From Anthoceros angustus (Eukaryota; Plantae; Anthocerotophyta), in the NCBI GenBank assembly GCA_010909165.1, contig VJWM01000204.1, positions 1-64,000 of the forward strand: a stretch of DNA of 64,000 bases. The letters run 5' to 3'. The translations under genes and the position numbers were made by a program. The notes below the pieces were generated by a model that was not told where the DNA came from, ran no database searches, and was given only the letters and a program-made list of their open reading frames with translations. Below are positions 53,044-64,000 of the stretch, piece by piece (the first letter of the stretch is position 1; each line of letters opens with the position of its first letter).

Positions 53044-53549
53044 AAGATAGTAATTTTATTATATAAGAACTTTTATTTGTATTATATATTTTTAATATAA
53101 TGATTTTTTATTTTAACTTTATTCATAATTTCATTAAACCACTCTTCAGTGCCTCTTTCTTGTGAGAAAGTCTTCAAGCCATGCAAGCGATCATGAAAAT
53201 TGATGTAGTGAAGATTGGAGTATATCGCTATGTGTTTAGCCTGAGTCTTGTTTGGTCATTGTCATGGCAGCATAATAGCATCGGACAATTTCTTCTTCTA
53301 TAGCTACGCATATTATAGTTACTAAATCGCATGTTAGAATCTTGACGGGTTCGCAAACCCCGATTTCTCGGCTCTAAGCGGGCGCTCAACGTAAGGGACG
53401 ACCACACCAAGGGTGTGCGAATGTTTTGAATCATGAGCGAGCAAGGTGAGCGGCGAGGCGGAGTGTGAAGATGGCGGCGTAGAAGGAAAATTGGCATTTA
53501 GGGTGGAACGGCTATTGTTGAAGTCCCACCTTGCGTCATCCACGGGGAG

Positions 53550-54175
53550 AACTCCTAGCCTGCGGGCAATGGACACCGTTGCAGAAGCCATCACACAAGA
53601 AAAGGGGGAGGCGGTAGGTAGCGCCTTGATGAACTGGAGAAATCCTTGCCCATGGCCCCGTGAGTCTCGATGGCAATGGGGATGAAGGCGTGGCCCTTCT
53701 TGCATGGGCGAGTACTTGTGAACGTTCGTTGTCGCGCATCTCTCCGCCACCCAACCGGAGGGTTGATGATGGCGATGCTGCGCGGTGTCCCGCAAGGTGC
53801 ATTACGGCACATCCACAACGTCCCCCCCTGGTCGAGAACATGGCGTCGCGGACGGCGTGATCTTGCAACGCCACATTGGTGGAGCGAGGGCTCTGGGTCT
53901 AAAGAGAGCGCCAAAGGTTGGACCAAACCAGTGAACCTCATCGCAGTAGAAAAAGAAGCCGGTGAGACTCGAACTACCTTGATGCAAGGTCGCGCTAGAA
54001 GCCATGAACCTGCTCCTTCCCGAGCAAGAGCGGAGGCGAGCTCGAGCTGGTCAAGGAATGGAGGAATCGAGGAGCAAAGCCCGGTGCCGTGCCCATACAA
54101 GTTTCTTCTCATGGAGGAGGCCAAAAGCCTTACGTCGCAGAGAACGAGGACGAATGCGGCATGACCGCCTAGCCT
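53550..54175 (-). mobile_element. CRE-like remnant, unit 8
   Basis: EGAGSWLLARPCIKVVRVSPASFSTAMRF and AFIPIAIETHGAMGKDF in ORF 53591-54190. Confidence 0.78.
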
Positions 54176-55116
54176 CGGAGGATAGGACACTAGCCAATCT
54201 TAAGGACAAGCATGCAAGGGAAGGCGCCTCCTCGGCCGAGACGAAGGCCTTGAAGATGCGGTAATCCCTGGATTAGGAAATGGGAGGCCTAGATGCGGGT
54301 TGAGAGGACCAGCTCAGGCCTGCCGATGCCTTGCAGGCGTGGCCGCTCTTCGAGTAGCAATTGCATTCATGTGAGCACTTCCTCAACGGACAACCAAGCA
54401 AAACAAGTCTAATATGCAAATACCAATTTGTAACACTAGGAGAGAGTAGCTTGCGTTGTGGTTTTCCTCCTCACGAGAACAACACGCAAATTCGTACATG
54501 GCTCTGGGGTGATAGCTTTGGCCTCCTCACAACTCTCATTGCATATGTAGAGGACAAGTTATGATGTGAGCTTGTCCTGTGAAGGGTCTATATAGATATA
54601 CTAGGCCTTGGCGTTGGCATATTCCTAAGATATCCTATTGGCATATACGAAATATCCAAAGAATACACCATAATATGCAAGGAATATGCTAAAGCATATA
54701 ACTTGTGTTTATCCACTTAGTTATTGCTAACCGTGTTTAATTAATTGATCGATGCTTAATTAACCACTTCATATTAATTAATTAATACTAATAACTTACT
54801 TAATGATAAGTCATTAGATTAATTAATGCTAGATATAAATGAATTTAACCACTTCATATTAATTAATTAATACTAATAACTTACTTAATGATAAGTCATT
54901 AGATTAATTAATGAATATAAATGAATTTAACCACTTCATATTAATTAATTAATACTAATAACTTACTTAATGATAAGTCATTAGATTAATTAATGCTAGA
55001 TATAAATGAATTTAACATAAATCAGCAGCACTATCTCTTTCTAAAATAGATGCCAATATACCAATCGACAATTGAAAATTTACCAATTTACTAGTTGCCA
55101 ATATATGAAGCCGGTA

Positions 55117-56300
55117 GTTTCTCATGGGGTATAAATGGGCGAGACTTAAAATCCAAGCTGCTCGACTCGAACTTCAAATCTTGTTATCCATTCTTCTTGC
55201 ATGTAACTTTTCATAATTCTATGATCTACGGTTGTTAAGGTTTGTTCAATGAAGATTGATGTTCTCCTTACGAGGGATGAGTTTATGCATGTATATTCCT
55301 ATGTGCTAACAATTCATTCTCTCTACTTGTTGTTTCTAGAGGGCACGTAAATTACCCAAAGGCGAGACCTAAAGATTTCCTCCGCCATGAACTTAAAAAT
55401 CTCACATTCTTGCAAATATCTTTTAATAATCGGTGATCTACTGTTGTTAAGGTATGTTCCATGAAGATTCATGTTCTCCTTTATAGAGGGATGGGTGTAT
55501 GCATGTGTATTCCGCGTGTTAATTCATTCTTTCTACTTGTTCCCTGGGTTTCCTAGAGGGCACGTAAATTACCCAAAGGCGAGACCTAAACCGAAAGATT
55601 TCCTCACCATGAACTTAAAAATCTCACATTCTTGCAAATATCCTTTAATAATCGTGTGATCTACATTGTTAAGGTTTGTTCAATGAAGATTCATGTTCTC
55701 CTTTATAGAGGGATGAGTTTATGCATGTATGTTCCTGTGTGCTAACGATTCATTCTCTCTACTTGTTCTCCTGCGGTTTCCCTAGAGGGCACGAATTACC
55801 CAAAGGGCGAGACCTAAACCGAAGATTTCCTCCGCACCATGAACTTAAAAATCTCACATTCTTGCAAATATCTTTTAATCGTGTGATCTATTGTTAAGGT
55901 ATGTTCCATGAAGATTCATGTTCTCCTTTATAGAGGATGGGTGTATGCATGTGTATTCGGTGTTAACGAATTCATTCTTTCTACTTGTTCTCTGGGTTTC
56001 CCTAGAGGGCACGTCGTACCCAAAGGGCGAGACCTAAACCAAAGATTTCCTCCGCACCATGAACTTAAAAATCTCACATTCTTGCAAATATCTTTTAATA
56101 ATCGTGTGATCTATTGTTAAGGTTTGTTCAATGAAGATTCATGTTCTCCTTTATAGAGGATGAGTTTATGCATGTATGTTCCTGTGTGCTAACGAATTCA
56201 TTCTCTCTACTTGTTCCCTGAGTTTCCCTAGAGACGTAAATTACCCAAAGGCGGGACCTAAACCAAAAGAAATACTCCTATTTATCAATCTTTTAAAATT
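55117..56300 (+). repeat. ~230-bp modules x5, unit 9
   Basis: ABABA pattern. Confidence 0.9.
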
Positions 56301-57092
56301 ATGGAGTCCACAATGAAAATTGAAGTGAGAATGTTTGAAGAAAGATACATATGTGGAAAATGTATCGGTGAAGGAGGTTTTTCCAAAGTCTATGAATGCT
56401 ATGACAAATATACGGAAAGATATTTGCCTGCAAAATTATGAAAAATCTAAAGACATAAATGATGCAATATGTAGAGATCAACACTCTTCGATCTCTTCCA
56501 AAATATTCTCATATTATTAACACAAAAGTGTTCATGAGGATATTGAACATATTTATATTGTGATGGAGCTATGTACCAATGGTACACTAAAGGATGAACT
56601 AAAAAGGGGAGCTTATTGTGAAGAGGATGCAAAATACTTATGTTTAACCTAATGGAGGCAATCAATTTTGCCAGGCATAATGTTATGCATCGCGATTTGA
56701 AACCGGCTAATATACTATTATTTAGCCGCTCAAAGTCATACTAGCAGACTTTGTTCTCCATGTCTCCAAAACGAACATGAATTATTAAGTAGGAACCCCA
56801 TGTTACATGGCTGGAGGTATTGGAGTCGAGAAGGATGTAAACATAAGCTATACTTCAAAAGCCGATATTTGGAGCGCAGGAGTCATTTTGTATGAAGTTT
56901 TAACCGAAATCGTCCTTATATAGGATATGAGTTCGAAAAAAGAAGAATGGATAACTCAATTGGACCTAGATGAGTGGCCCAACATGTCACAGTGAAAGAT
57001 CTACTACACTCAATGTTACATTTAGAACAAGAGTGTAGATCTTGTGACAAGTTCTAAACCATTCTTGGTTTTGCTCGCTATCTTATATATGA
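56301..57092 (+). CDS. Ser/Thr kinase copy (unit 9)
   Basis: Same start, stop and motifs. Confidence 0.85.
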
Positions 57093-57707
57093 AAGATAGT
57101 AATTTTATTATATAAGAACTTTTATTTGTATTATATATTTTTAATATAATGATTTTTTATTTTAACTTTATTCATAATTTCATTAAACCACTCTTCAGTG
57201 CCTCTTTCTTGTGAGAAAGTCTTCAAGCCATGCAAGCGGCAGTCATGAAATTGATGTAGTGAAGCTGAGATTGGAGTATATCGCTATGTATTTAGCCAGT
57301 GAGTGCTGTTTTGGTCATTGTCATAGCATGGCATAATAGCATCGGGACAATTTCTTCTTCTATAGCTACGCATATTATAGTTACTAAATCGCATGTTAGA
57401 ATCTTGACGGGTTCGCAAACCCCGACTACTCTCGCTCAACGTGCTTGTGGGACGATCACACCAAGGGTGTGCGAATGTTTTGAATCATGAGCGAGCAAGT
57501 GAAACGTGGCCGAGGCGGAGTGTGAAGATGGCGGCGCGAGAAGGAAAATTGGCATTTAGGGTGGAAACGGCTATTGTTGAAGTCCCACCTTGCGGCCCAG
57601 AGAGAACTCCTAGCACAGGGCAATGGACACCTGCGAAGAAGCCATCACACAAGAAAAGGCGGGACCTAAACCGAAAGAAATACTCCTATTTATCAATCTT
57701 TAAAATT

Positions 57708-58514
57708 ATGGAGTCCACAATGAAATTGAAGTGAGAATGTTTGAAGAAAGATACATATGTGGAAAATGTATCGGTGAAGGAGGTTTTTCCAAAGTCTATG
57801 AATGCTATGACAAATATACGGAAAGATATTTGCCTGCAAAATTATGAAAAATCTAAAGACATAAATGATGCAATATGTAGAGAGATCAACACTCTTGATC
57901 TCTTCCAAAATATTCTCATATTATTAACACAAAAGTGTTCATGAGGATATTGAACATATTTATATTGTGATGGAGCTATGTACCAATGGTACACTAAAGG
58001 ATGAACTAAAAAGGGGAGCTTATTGTGAAGAGGATGCAAAATACTTATGTTTAACCTAATGGAGGCAATCAATTTTGCCAGGGCATAATGTTATGCATCG
58101 CGATTTGAAACCGCTAATATACTATTACTTAGCTCAAAGTCATACTAGCAGACTTTGGTTTGTCTGCTCCATGTCTCCAAAACGAACATGAATTATTGTG
58201 TGGGAGCTAGAACCCCATGTTACATGGCTCCGGAGGTATTGGAGTCAAGACGATGTAAACATAAGCTATACTTCAAAAGCCGATATTTGGAGCGCAGAGT
58301 CATTTTGTATGAAGTTTTAACCGAAATCGTCCTTATATAGGATATGAGTTCGACGAAAAGAAGAATGGATAACTCAATTGGACCTAGATGAGTGGCCCAA
58401 CATGTCACACGGTGAAAGATCTACTACACTCAATGTTACATTTAGAACAAGAGTGTAGACCGGATGCAGCAAGTTCTAAACCATTCTTGGTTTTGCTCGC
58501 TATCTTATATATGA
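57708..58514 (+). CDS. Ser/Thr kinase copy (unit 10), lacking its own promoter and leader modules
   Basis: CTAGCAGACTTTGGT (LADFG) and TACATGGCTCCGGAGGTATTG (YMAPEVL) intact; only ~50 bp of leader upstream. Confidence 0.85.
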
Positions 58515-59009
58515 AAGATAGTAATTTTATTATATAAGAACTTTTATTTGTATTATATATTTTAATATAATGATTTTTATTTTAACTTTATTCATAATTT
58601 CATTAAACCACTCTTGATTTCTTGTGAGAAAGTCTTCAAGCCATGCCGGCAAATCATGAAATTGATGTAGTGAGATTGGAGTATATCGCTATGTGTTTAG
58701 CTGAGTGCTGTTTGGTCATTGTCATAGCATGGCATAATAGCATCGGGACAATTTCTTCTTCTATAGCTACGCATATTATAGTTACTAAATCGCATGTTAG
58801 AATCTTGACGGGTTCGCAAACCCCGATTACCGCGGGCCGCTCAACGCGTTTAGACACCACACCAAGGGTGTGCGAATGTTTTGAATCATGAGCGAGCAAG
58901 GTCAACGTGGCCGAGGCGGAGTGTGAAGATGGCGGCGTGCAGAAGGAAAATTGGCATTTAGGGTGGAAACGGCTATTGTTGAAGTCCCACCTTGCCGCCC
59001 GCTGTGAGA

Positions 59010-59620
59010 GAACTCCTAGCAGTGGCAATTGCTCGAAAAGCCATCACACAAGAAAAGGGGCGGTGGTAGGCTTTAGCACAGCCTTGATGAACTGGAGAAA
59101 TCCTTGCCCATGGCCCCGTGAGTCTCGATGGCAATGGGATGAAGGCGTGGCCCTTCTTGCATGGGCGAGTACTTGTGAACGCTCGTTGTCGCGCATCTCC
59201 GCCACCCAACCCGGAGGGTTGATGATGGTTTTGCGGTGTCCGCAAGGTCCTGCACCACATCCACAACTGGTCCCCTCGGCGTCGAGAACATGGCGTCGCG
59301 GACGGGCGTGATCAGGCAATGCGCCGCGCCGGAGAGCGAGCTCGGACAGTCTAAAGAGAGCGAGGCCAAAGGTTGGACCAAACCCCGGAACCTCATCGGT
59401 AGAAAAGAAGCAGCGACTGAAATACCTTGATGCAAGGTCGGGCTAGAAGCCATGAACCGCCCCTTCCCCGAGCAAGAGCGGAGGCGAGCTCGGTAGTCAA
59501 GGAATGGAGGAATCGAGGAGCAAAGCCAGCGCGTGCCCATACAAGTTTCTTCTCATGGAGGGAGGCCAAAGCCCCACGCACCGTCCAGAGAGCAGACGAT
59601 GCGGCGCGCCCGCCTAGCCT
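59010..59620 (-). mobile_element. CRE-like remnant, unit 10
   Basis: RARLRSCSGKG, VRDAMFS, VVDV and IAIETHGAMGKDF in ORF 59073-59540. Confidence 0.78.
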
Positions 59621-60584
59621 CAGGAGGATAGGACACCCCTAGCCAATCTTAAGGACAAGCATGCAAGGAAGGCGCCTCCTCGGCCGAGACGAAGGCCTTG
59701 AAGATGCGGTAATCCCTGTGGGATTAGGAAATGGGAGGCCTAGATGCGGGTTGAGAGGACCAAGCTCGTGTGCGGATGCCTTGGGCGCCTCTGCACTTCT
59801 TGGGAGGTAAGCAATTGCATTCATGTGAGCACTTCCTCAACGGACAACCAAGCAAAACAAGTCTAATATGCAAATACCAATTTGTAACACTAGGAGAGAG
59901 TAGCTTGCGCGTTGTGGTTTTCCTCCCACACCTCCCACGGAACAACACGCAAATGGCGCATGGCTCTGAGTGATAGCTTTGGCCTCCTCACAACTCTCTT
60001 GCATTGCATATGTAGAGACAACAGTTATGATGTGAGCTTGTCCTGTGAAAGGGTCTATATAGATATACTAGGCCTTGGCATTGGCATATTCCTAAGATAT
60101 CCTATTGGCATCGTATCTAAAATATCCAAAGAATACACCATAATATGCAAGGAATATGCTAAAGCATATAACTTGTGTTTATCCACTTAGTTATTGCTAA
60201 CCGTGTTTAATTAAGATGTCGATGCTTAATTAACATAACCACTATTAATTAATTAATACTAATAACTTACTTAATGATAAGTCATTAGATTAATTAATGC
60301 TAGATATAAATGAATTTAACCACTTCATATTAATTAATTAATACTAATAACTTACTTAATGATAGTCATTAGATTAATTAATGCTAGATATAAATGAATT
60401 TAACCACTTCATATTAATTAATACTAATAACTTAATGATAAGTCATTAGATTAATTAATGCTAGATATAAATGAATTTAACATAAATCAGCAGCACTATC
60501 TCTTTCTAAAATAGATGCCAATATACCAATCGACAACCGACCGTTGAAAATTTACCAATTTACTAGTTGCCAATATGAAGCTGT

Positions 60585-61794
60585 AGTTTCTCATGGGGTA
60601 TAAATGGGCGAGACTTAAAATCAGCTAGCACTCGGACTCGAACAAATCTTGTTATCCATTCTTCTTGCATGTAACTTTTCATAATTCTATGATCTACGGT
60701 TGTTAAGGTTTGTTCAATGAAGATTGATGTTCTCCTTTACGGAGGGATGAGTTTATGCATGTATATTCCTATGTGTGCTAACGAATTCATTCTCTCTACT
60801 TGTTCTCTGAGGTTTCCCTAGAGGGCACGTAAATTACCCAAAAGACCTAAACCGAAAGATTTCCTCCGCCATGAACTTAAAAATCTCACATTCTTGCAAA
60901 TATCTTTTAATAATCGTGTGATCTACTTGTTAAGGTATGTTCCATGAAGATTCATGTTCTCCTTTATAGAGGGATGGGTGTATGCATGTGTATTCCTAGC
61001 GTGTTAACGAATTCATTCTTTCTACTTGTTCCCTCTGAGGTTTCCCTAGAGGGCACGTAAATTACCCAAAGGGCGAGACCTAAACCGAAAGATTTCCTCC
61101 GCACCATGAACTTAAAAATCTCACATTCTTGCAAATATCTTTTAATAATCGTGTGATCTCTGTTGTTAAGGTTTGTTCAATGAAGATTCATGTTCTCCTT
61201 TATAGAGGGATGAGTTTATGCATGTATGTTCCGTGTGCTAACGAATTCATTCTCTCTACTTGTTCTACAGTTTCCCTAGAGGGCACGTAAATTACCCAAA
61301 GGGCGAGACCTAAACCGAAGATTCCTCCCATGAACTTAAAAATCTCACATTCTTGCAAATATCTTTTAATAATCGTGTGATCTACGGTTGTTAAGGTATG
61401 TTCCATGAAGATTCATGTTCTCCTTTATAGAGGGATGGTGTATGCATGTGTATTCGCGTGTTAATTCATTCTTTCTACTTGTTCCCTGGGTTTCCCTAGA
61501 GGGCACGTAAATTACCCAAAGGCGAGACCTAAACCGAAAGATTTCCTCCGCACCATGAACTTAAAAATCTCACATTCTTGCAAATATCTTTTAATAATCG
61601 TGTGATCTACTATTGTTAAGGTTTGTTCAATGAAGATTCATGTTCTCCTTTATAGAGGGATGAGTTTATGCATGTATGTTCTGTGTGCTAACGATTCTCT
61701 CTACTTGTTCCCTGTTTCCTAGAGGGCACGTAAATTACCCAAAGGCGGGACCTAAACCGAAAGAAATACTCCTATTTATCAATCTTTTAAAATT
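60585..61794 (+). repeat. ~230-bp modules x5, unit 11
   Basis: ABABA pattern. Confidence 0.9.
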
Positions 61795-62612
61795 ATGGAG
61801 TCCACAATGAAAATTGAAGTGAGAATGTTTGAAGAAAGATACATATGTGGAAAATGTATCGGTGAAGGAGGTTTTTCCAAAGTCTATGAATGCTATGACA
61901 AATATATGGGAAAGATATTTGCCTGCAAAATTATGAAAAAATCTAAAGACATAAATGATGCAATATGTAGAGAGATCAACACTCTTCGATCTCTTCCAAA
62001 ATATTCTCATATTATTAACACAAAAGTGTTCATGAGGATATTGAACATATTTATATTGTGATGGAGCTATGTACCAATGGTACACTAAAGGATGAACTAA
62101 AAAAGGGGAGCTTATTGTGAAGAGGATGCAAAAATACTTATGTTTAACCTAATGGAGGCAATCAATTTTGCCACAGCATAATGTTATGCATCGCGATTTG
62201 AAACCGGCTAATATACTATTACTTAGCCGTCTCAAAGTCATACTAGGACTTTGGTTTATGCTTCCATGTCTCCAAAACGAACATGAATTATTGTATGCAG
62301 GAGGCTGGGGAACCCCATGTTACATGGCTCGGAGGTATTGGAGTCAAGACGATGTAAACATAAGCTATACTTCAAAAGCCGATATTTGGAGCCGAGTCAT
62401 TTTGTATGAAGTTTTAACCGAAATCGTCCTTATATAGGATATGAGTTCGACGAAAAGAAGAATGGATAACTCAATTGGACCTAGATGAGTGGCCCAACAT
62501 GTCACACAGTGAAAGATCTACTACACTCAATGTTACATTTAGAACAAGAGTGTAGACCGGATCTTGACAAGTTCTAAACCATTCTTGGTTTTGCTCGCTA
62601 TCTTATATATGA
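61795..62612 (+). CDS. Ser/Thr kinase copy (unit 11)
   Basis: N-lobe open: MESTMKIEVRMFEERYICGKCIGEGGFSKVYECYDKYMGKIFACKIMKKSKDINDAICREINTLRSLPKYSHIINTK; then HNVMHRDLKPANILLL. Confidence 0.9.
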
Positions 62613-63119
62613 AAGATAGTAATTTTATTATATAAGAACTTTTATTTGTATTATATATTTTAATATAATGATTTTTATTTTAACTTTATTCATAATTTCA
62701 TTAAACCACTCTTGATTGCCTCTTTCTTGTGAGAAAGTCTTCAAGCCATGCAAGCTCATGAAATTGATGTAGTGAAGGATTGGAGTATATCGCTATGTGT
62801 TTAGCTGAGTGCTTTTGGTCATTGTCATAGCATGGCATAATAGCATCGGACAATTTCTTCTTCTATAGCTACGCATATTATAGTTACTAAATCGCATGTT
62901 AGAATCTTGACGGGTTCGCAAACCCCGATTACCGGCTCTAAGCGGGCTGCTCAACGTGCTTGTGGGGCGACCACACCAAGGGTGTGCGAATGTTTTGAAT
63001 CATGAGCCGAGCAAGGCGAACGTGGCACAGGCGGAGTGTGAAGATGGCGTCACGAGAAGGAAAATTGGCATTTAGTGGAAACGGCTATTGTTGAAGTCCC
63101 ACCTTGTTGCCGTCCACAG

Positions 63120-63770
63120 AGAACTCCTACCGCAGGGCAATGGACACCGTTGCACGAAAGAAGCCATCACACAAGAAAAGGGGGCGGTGGTAGGCTTTAG
63201 CAGGCCTTGATGAACTGGAGAAATCCTTGCCCATGGCCCCGTGAGTCTCGATGGCAAGGGGATGAAGGCATGGCCCTTCTTGCATGGGCGAGTACTTGTG
63301 AACGCTCGTTGTCGCGCATCTCTCCGCCACCCAACCCGGAGGGTTGATGATGGCGTTGCGCAGAGTGTCCCGGGCAAGGTCTTCAGCCACATCCACAACA
63401 CTCCCCTCGGCCGAGAACATGGCGTCAGCGGGCGGCGTGATGCGTGTAATGCGCTGCCCGCCCGGAGAGCGAGGGCTACGGCGGCAGTCTAAAGAGAGCG
63501 AGCCAAAGGTTGGACCAAACCCGGAACCTCATCGCGGTAGAAAAGAAGCCGGTCGACTCGAAATACCTTGATGCAAGGTCGGGCTAGAAGCCATGAACCT
63601 CCCTTCCCGAGCAAGAGCGGAGGCGAGCTCGAGCTGGTCAAGGAATGGAGGAATCGAGGAGCAAAGCCAGCACGTGCCCATACAAGTTTCTTCTCATGGA
63701 GGGAGGCCAAAGCCCCACAGCCTGGGTCCGCAGAGAACGAGGACGAATGCGGCATGACCGCCTAGCCTCT
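63120..63770 (-). mobile_element. CRE-like remnant, unit 11
   Basis: VVDVAEDLARDT..PLAIETHGAMGKDF. Confidence 0.75.
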
Positions 63771-64000
63771 GAGGATAGGACACCCCTAGCCAATCTTAAG
63801 GACAAGCATGCAAGGGGAAGGCGCCCTCCTCGACGCCCGAGACGAAGGCCTTGAAGATGCGGTAATCCCTAGGGGATTAGGAAATGGGAGGCCTAGATGC
63901 GGGTTGAGAGGACCAAGCTCAAGCGTCGTGCCAGATGCCTTGCGGCGCACTCTAAGGGGCCGCTCTTCGGCGAGGTAAGCAATTGCATTCATGTGAGCAC

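Larger units (their letters stand above)
10440..64000 (+). repeat. Head-to-tail macro-repeat (~11 units, ~4-6 kb each) carrying a Ser/Thr kinase gene; continues past the window end
   Basis: The same block order (80-bp repeats, CCAAT/TATA, 230-bp modules, kinase, 3' region, antisense RLE remnant) recurs. Kinase ATGs at 10747, 14494, 26664, 31136, 36083, 36964, 41070, 46428, 51226, 52233, 56301, 57708, 61795. Confidence 0.97.

Noticed and set aside
10747-62612. Calling all kinase copies pseudogenes because of frameshifts
   Set aside because: Indels differ between copies, cluster at homopolymers and CG/CHG sites, and also affect the retrotransposons; the disrupted positions I checked are intact in at least one other copy.
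10440-64000. rDNA, 5S or spliced-leader RNA array
   Set aside because: No rRNA, 5S, snRNA or SL RNA sequence recognised; only the architecture is reminiscent.

Overview
Eukaryotic repeat-rich DNA, probably from a seed-free land plant (inferred from the retroelement types). The assembly has many 1-2 bp deletions, so almost every gene appears frameshifted. Bases 1-10,440 are remnants of non-chromovirus Ty3/Gypsy retrotransposons: a PR-RT-RH-IN pol at about 4.6-7.86 kb, flanked by GC-rich accessory-ORF-like regions. From about 10,440 to the window end is a head-to-tail macro-repeat of about 11 units of roughly 4-6 kb. A complete unit reads: 2-4 AT-rich ~80-bp repeats; 4x CCAAT plus TATAAAT; a variable number of ~230-bp modules, each a canonical ~105-nt GT-AG intron plus a non-coding exon carrying a 16-codon uORF; an AT-rich, kinase-domain-only CAMK/CDPK/PPCK-like Ser/Thr kinase ORF (~275-280 aa) with no coding intron; an AT-rich 3' region; and an antisense, internally deleted CRE-like non-LTR retrotransposon remnant. 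There are 10 full-length and 3 partial kinase copies. Unit 2 is interrupted by a complete chromovirus LTR retrotransposon (15,883-23,464; two 347-bp LTRs, 5-bp TSD). The best candidate for an undescribed system is this ampliconic kinase array with a copy-number-variable spliced 5' leader and a co-amplified antisense retroelement remnant.
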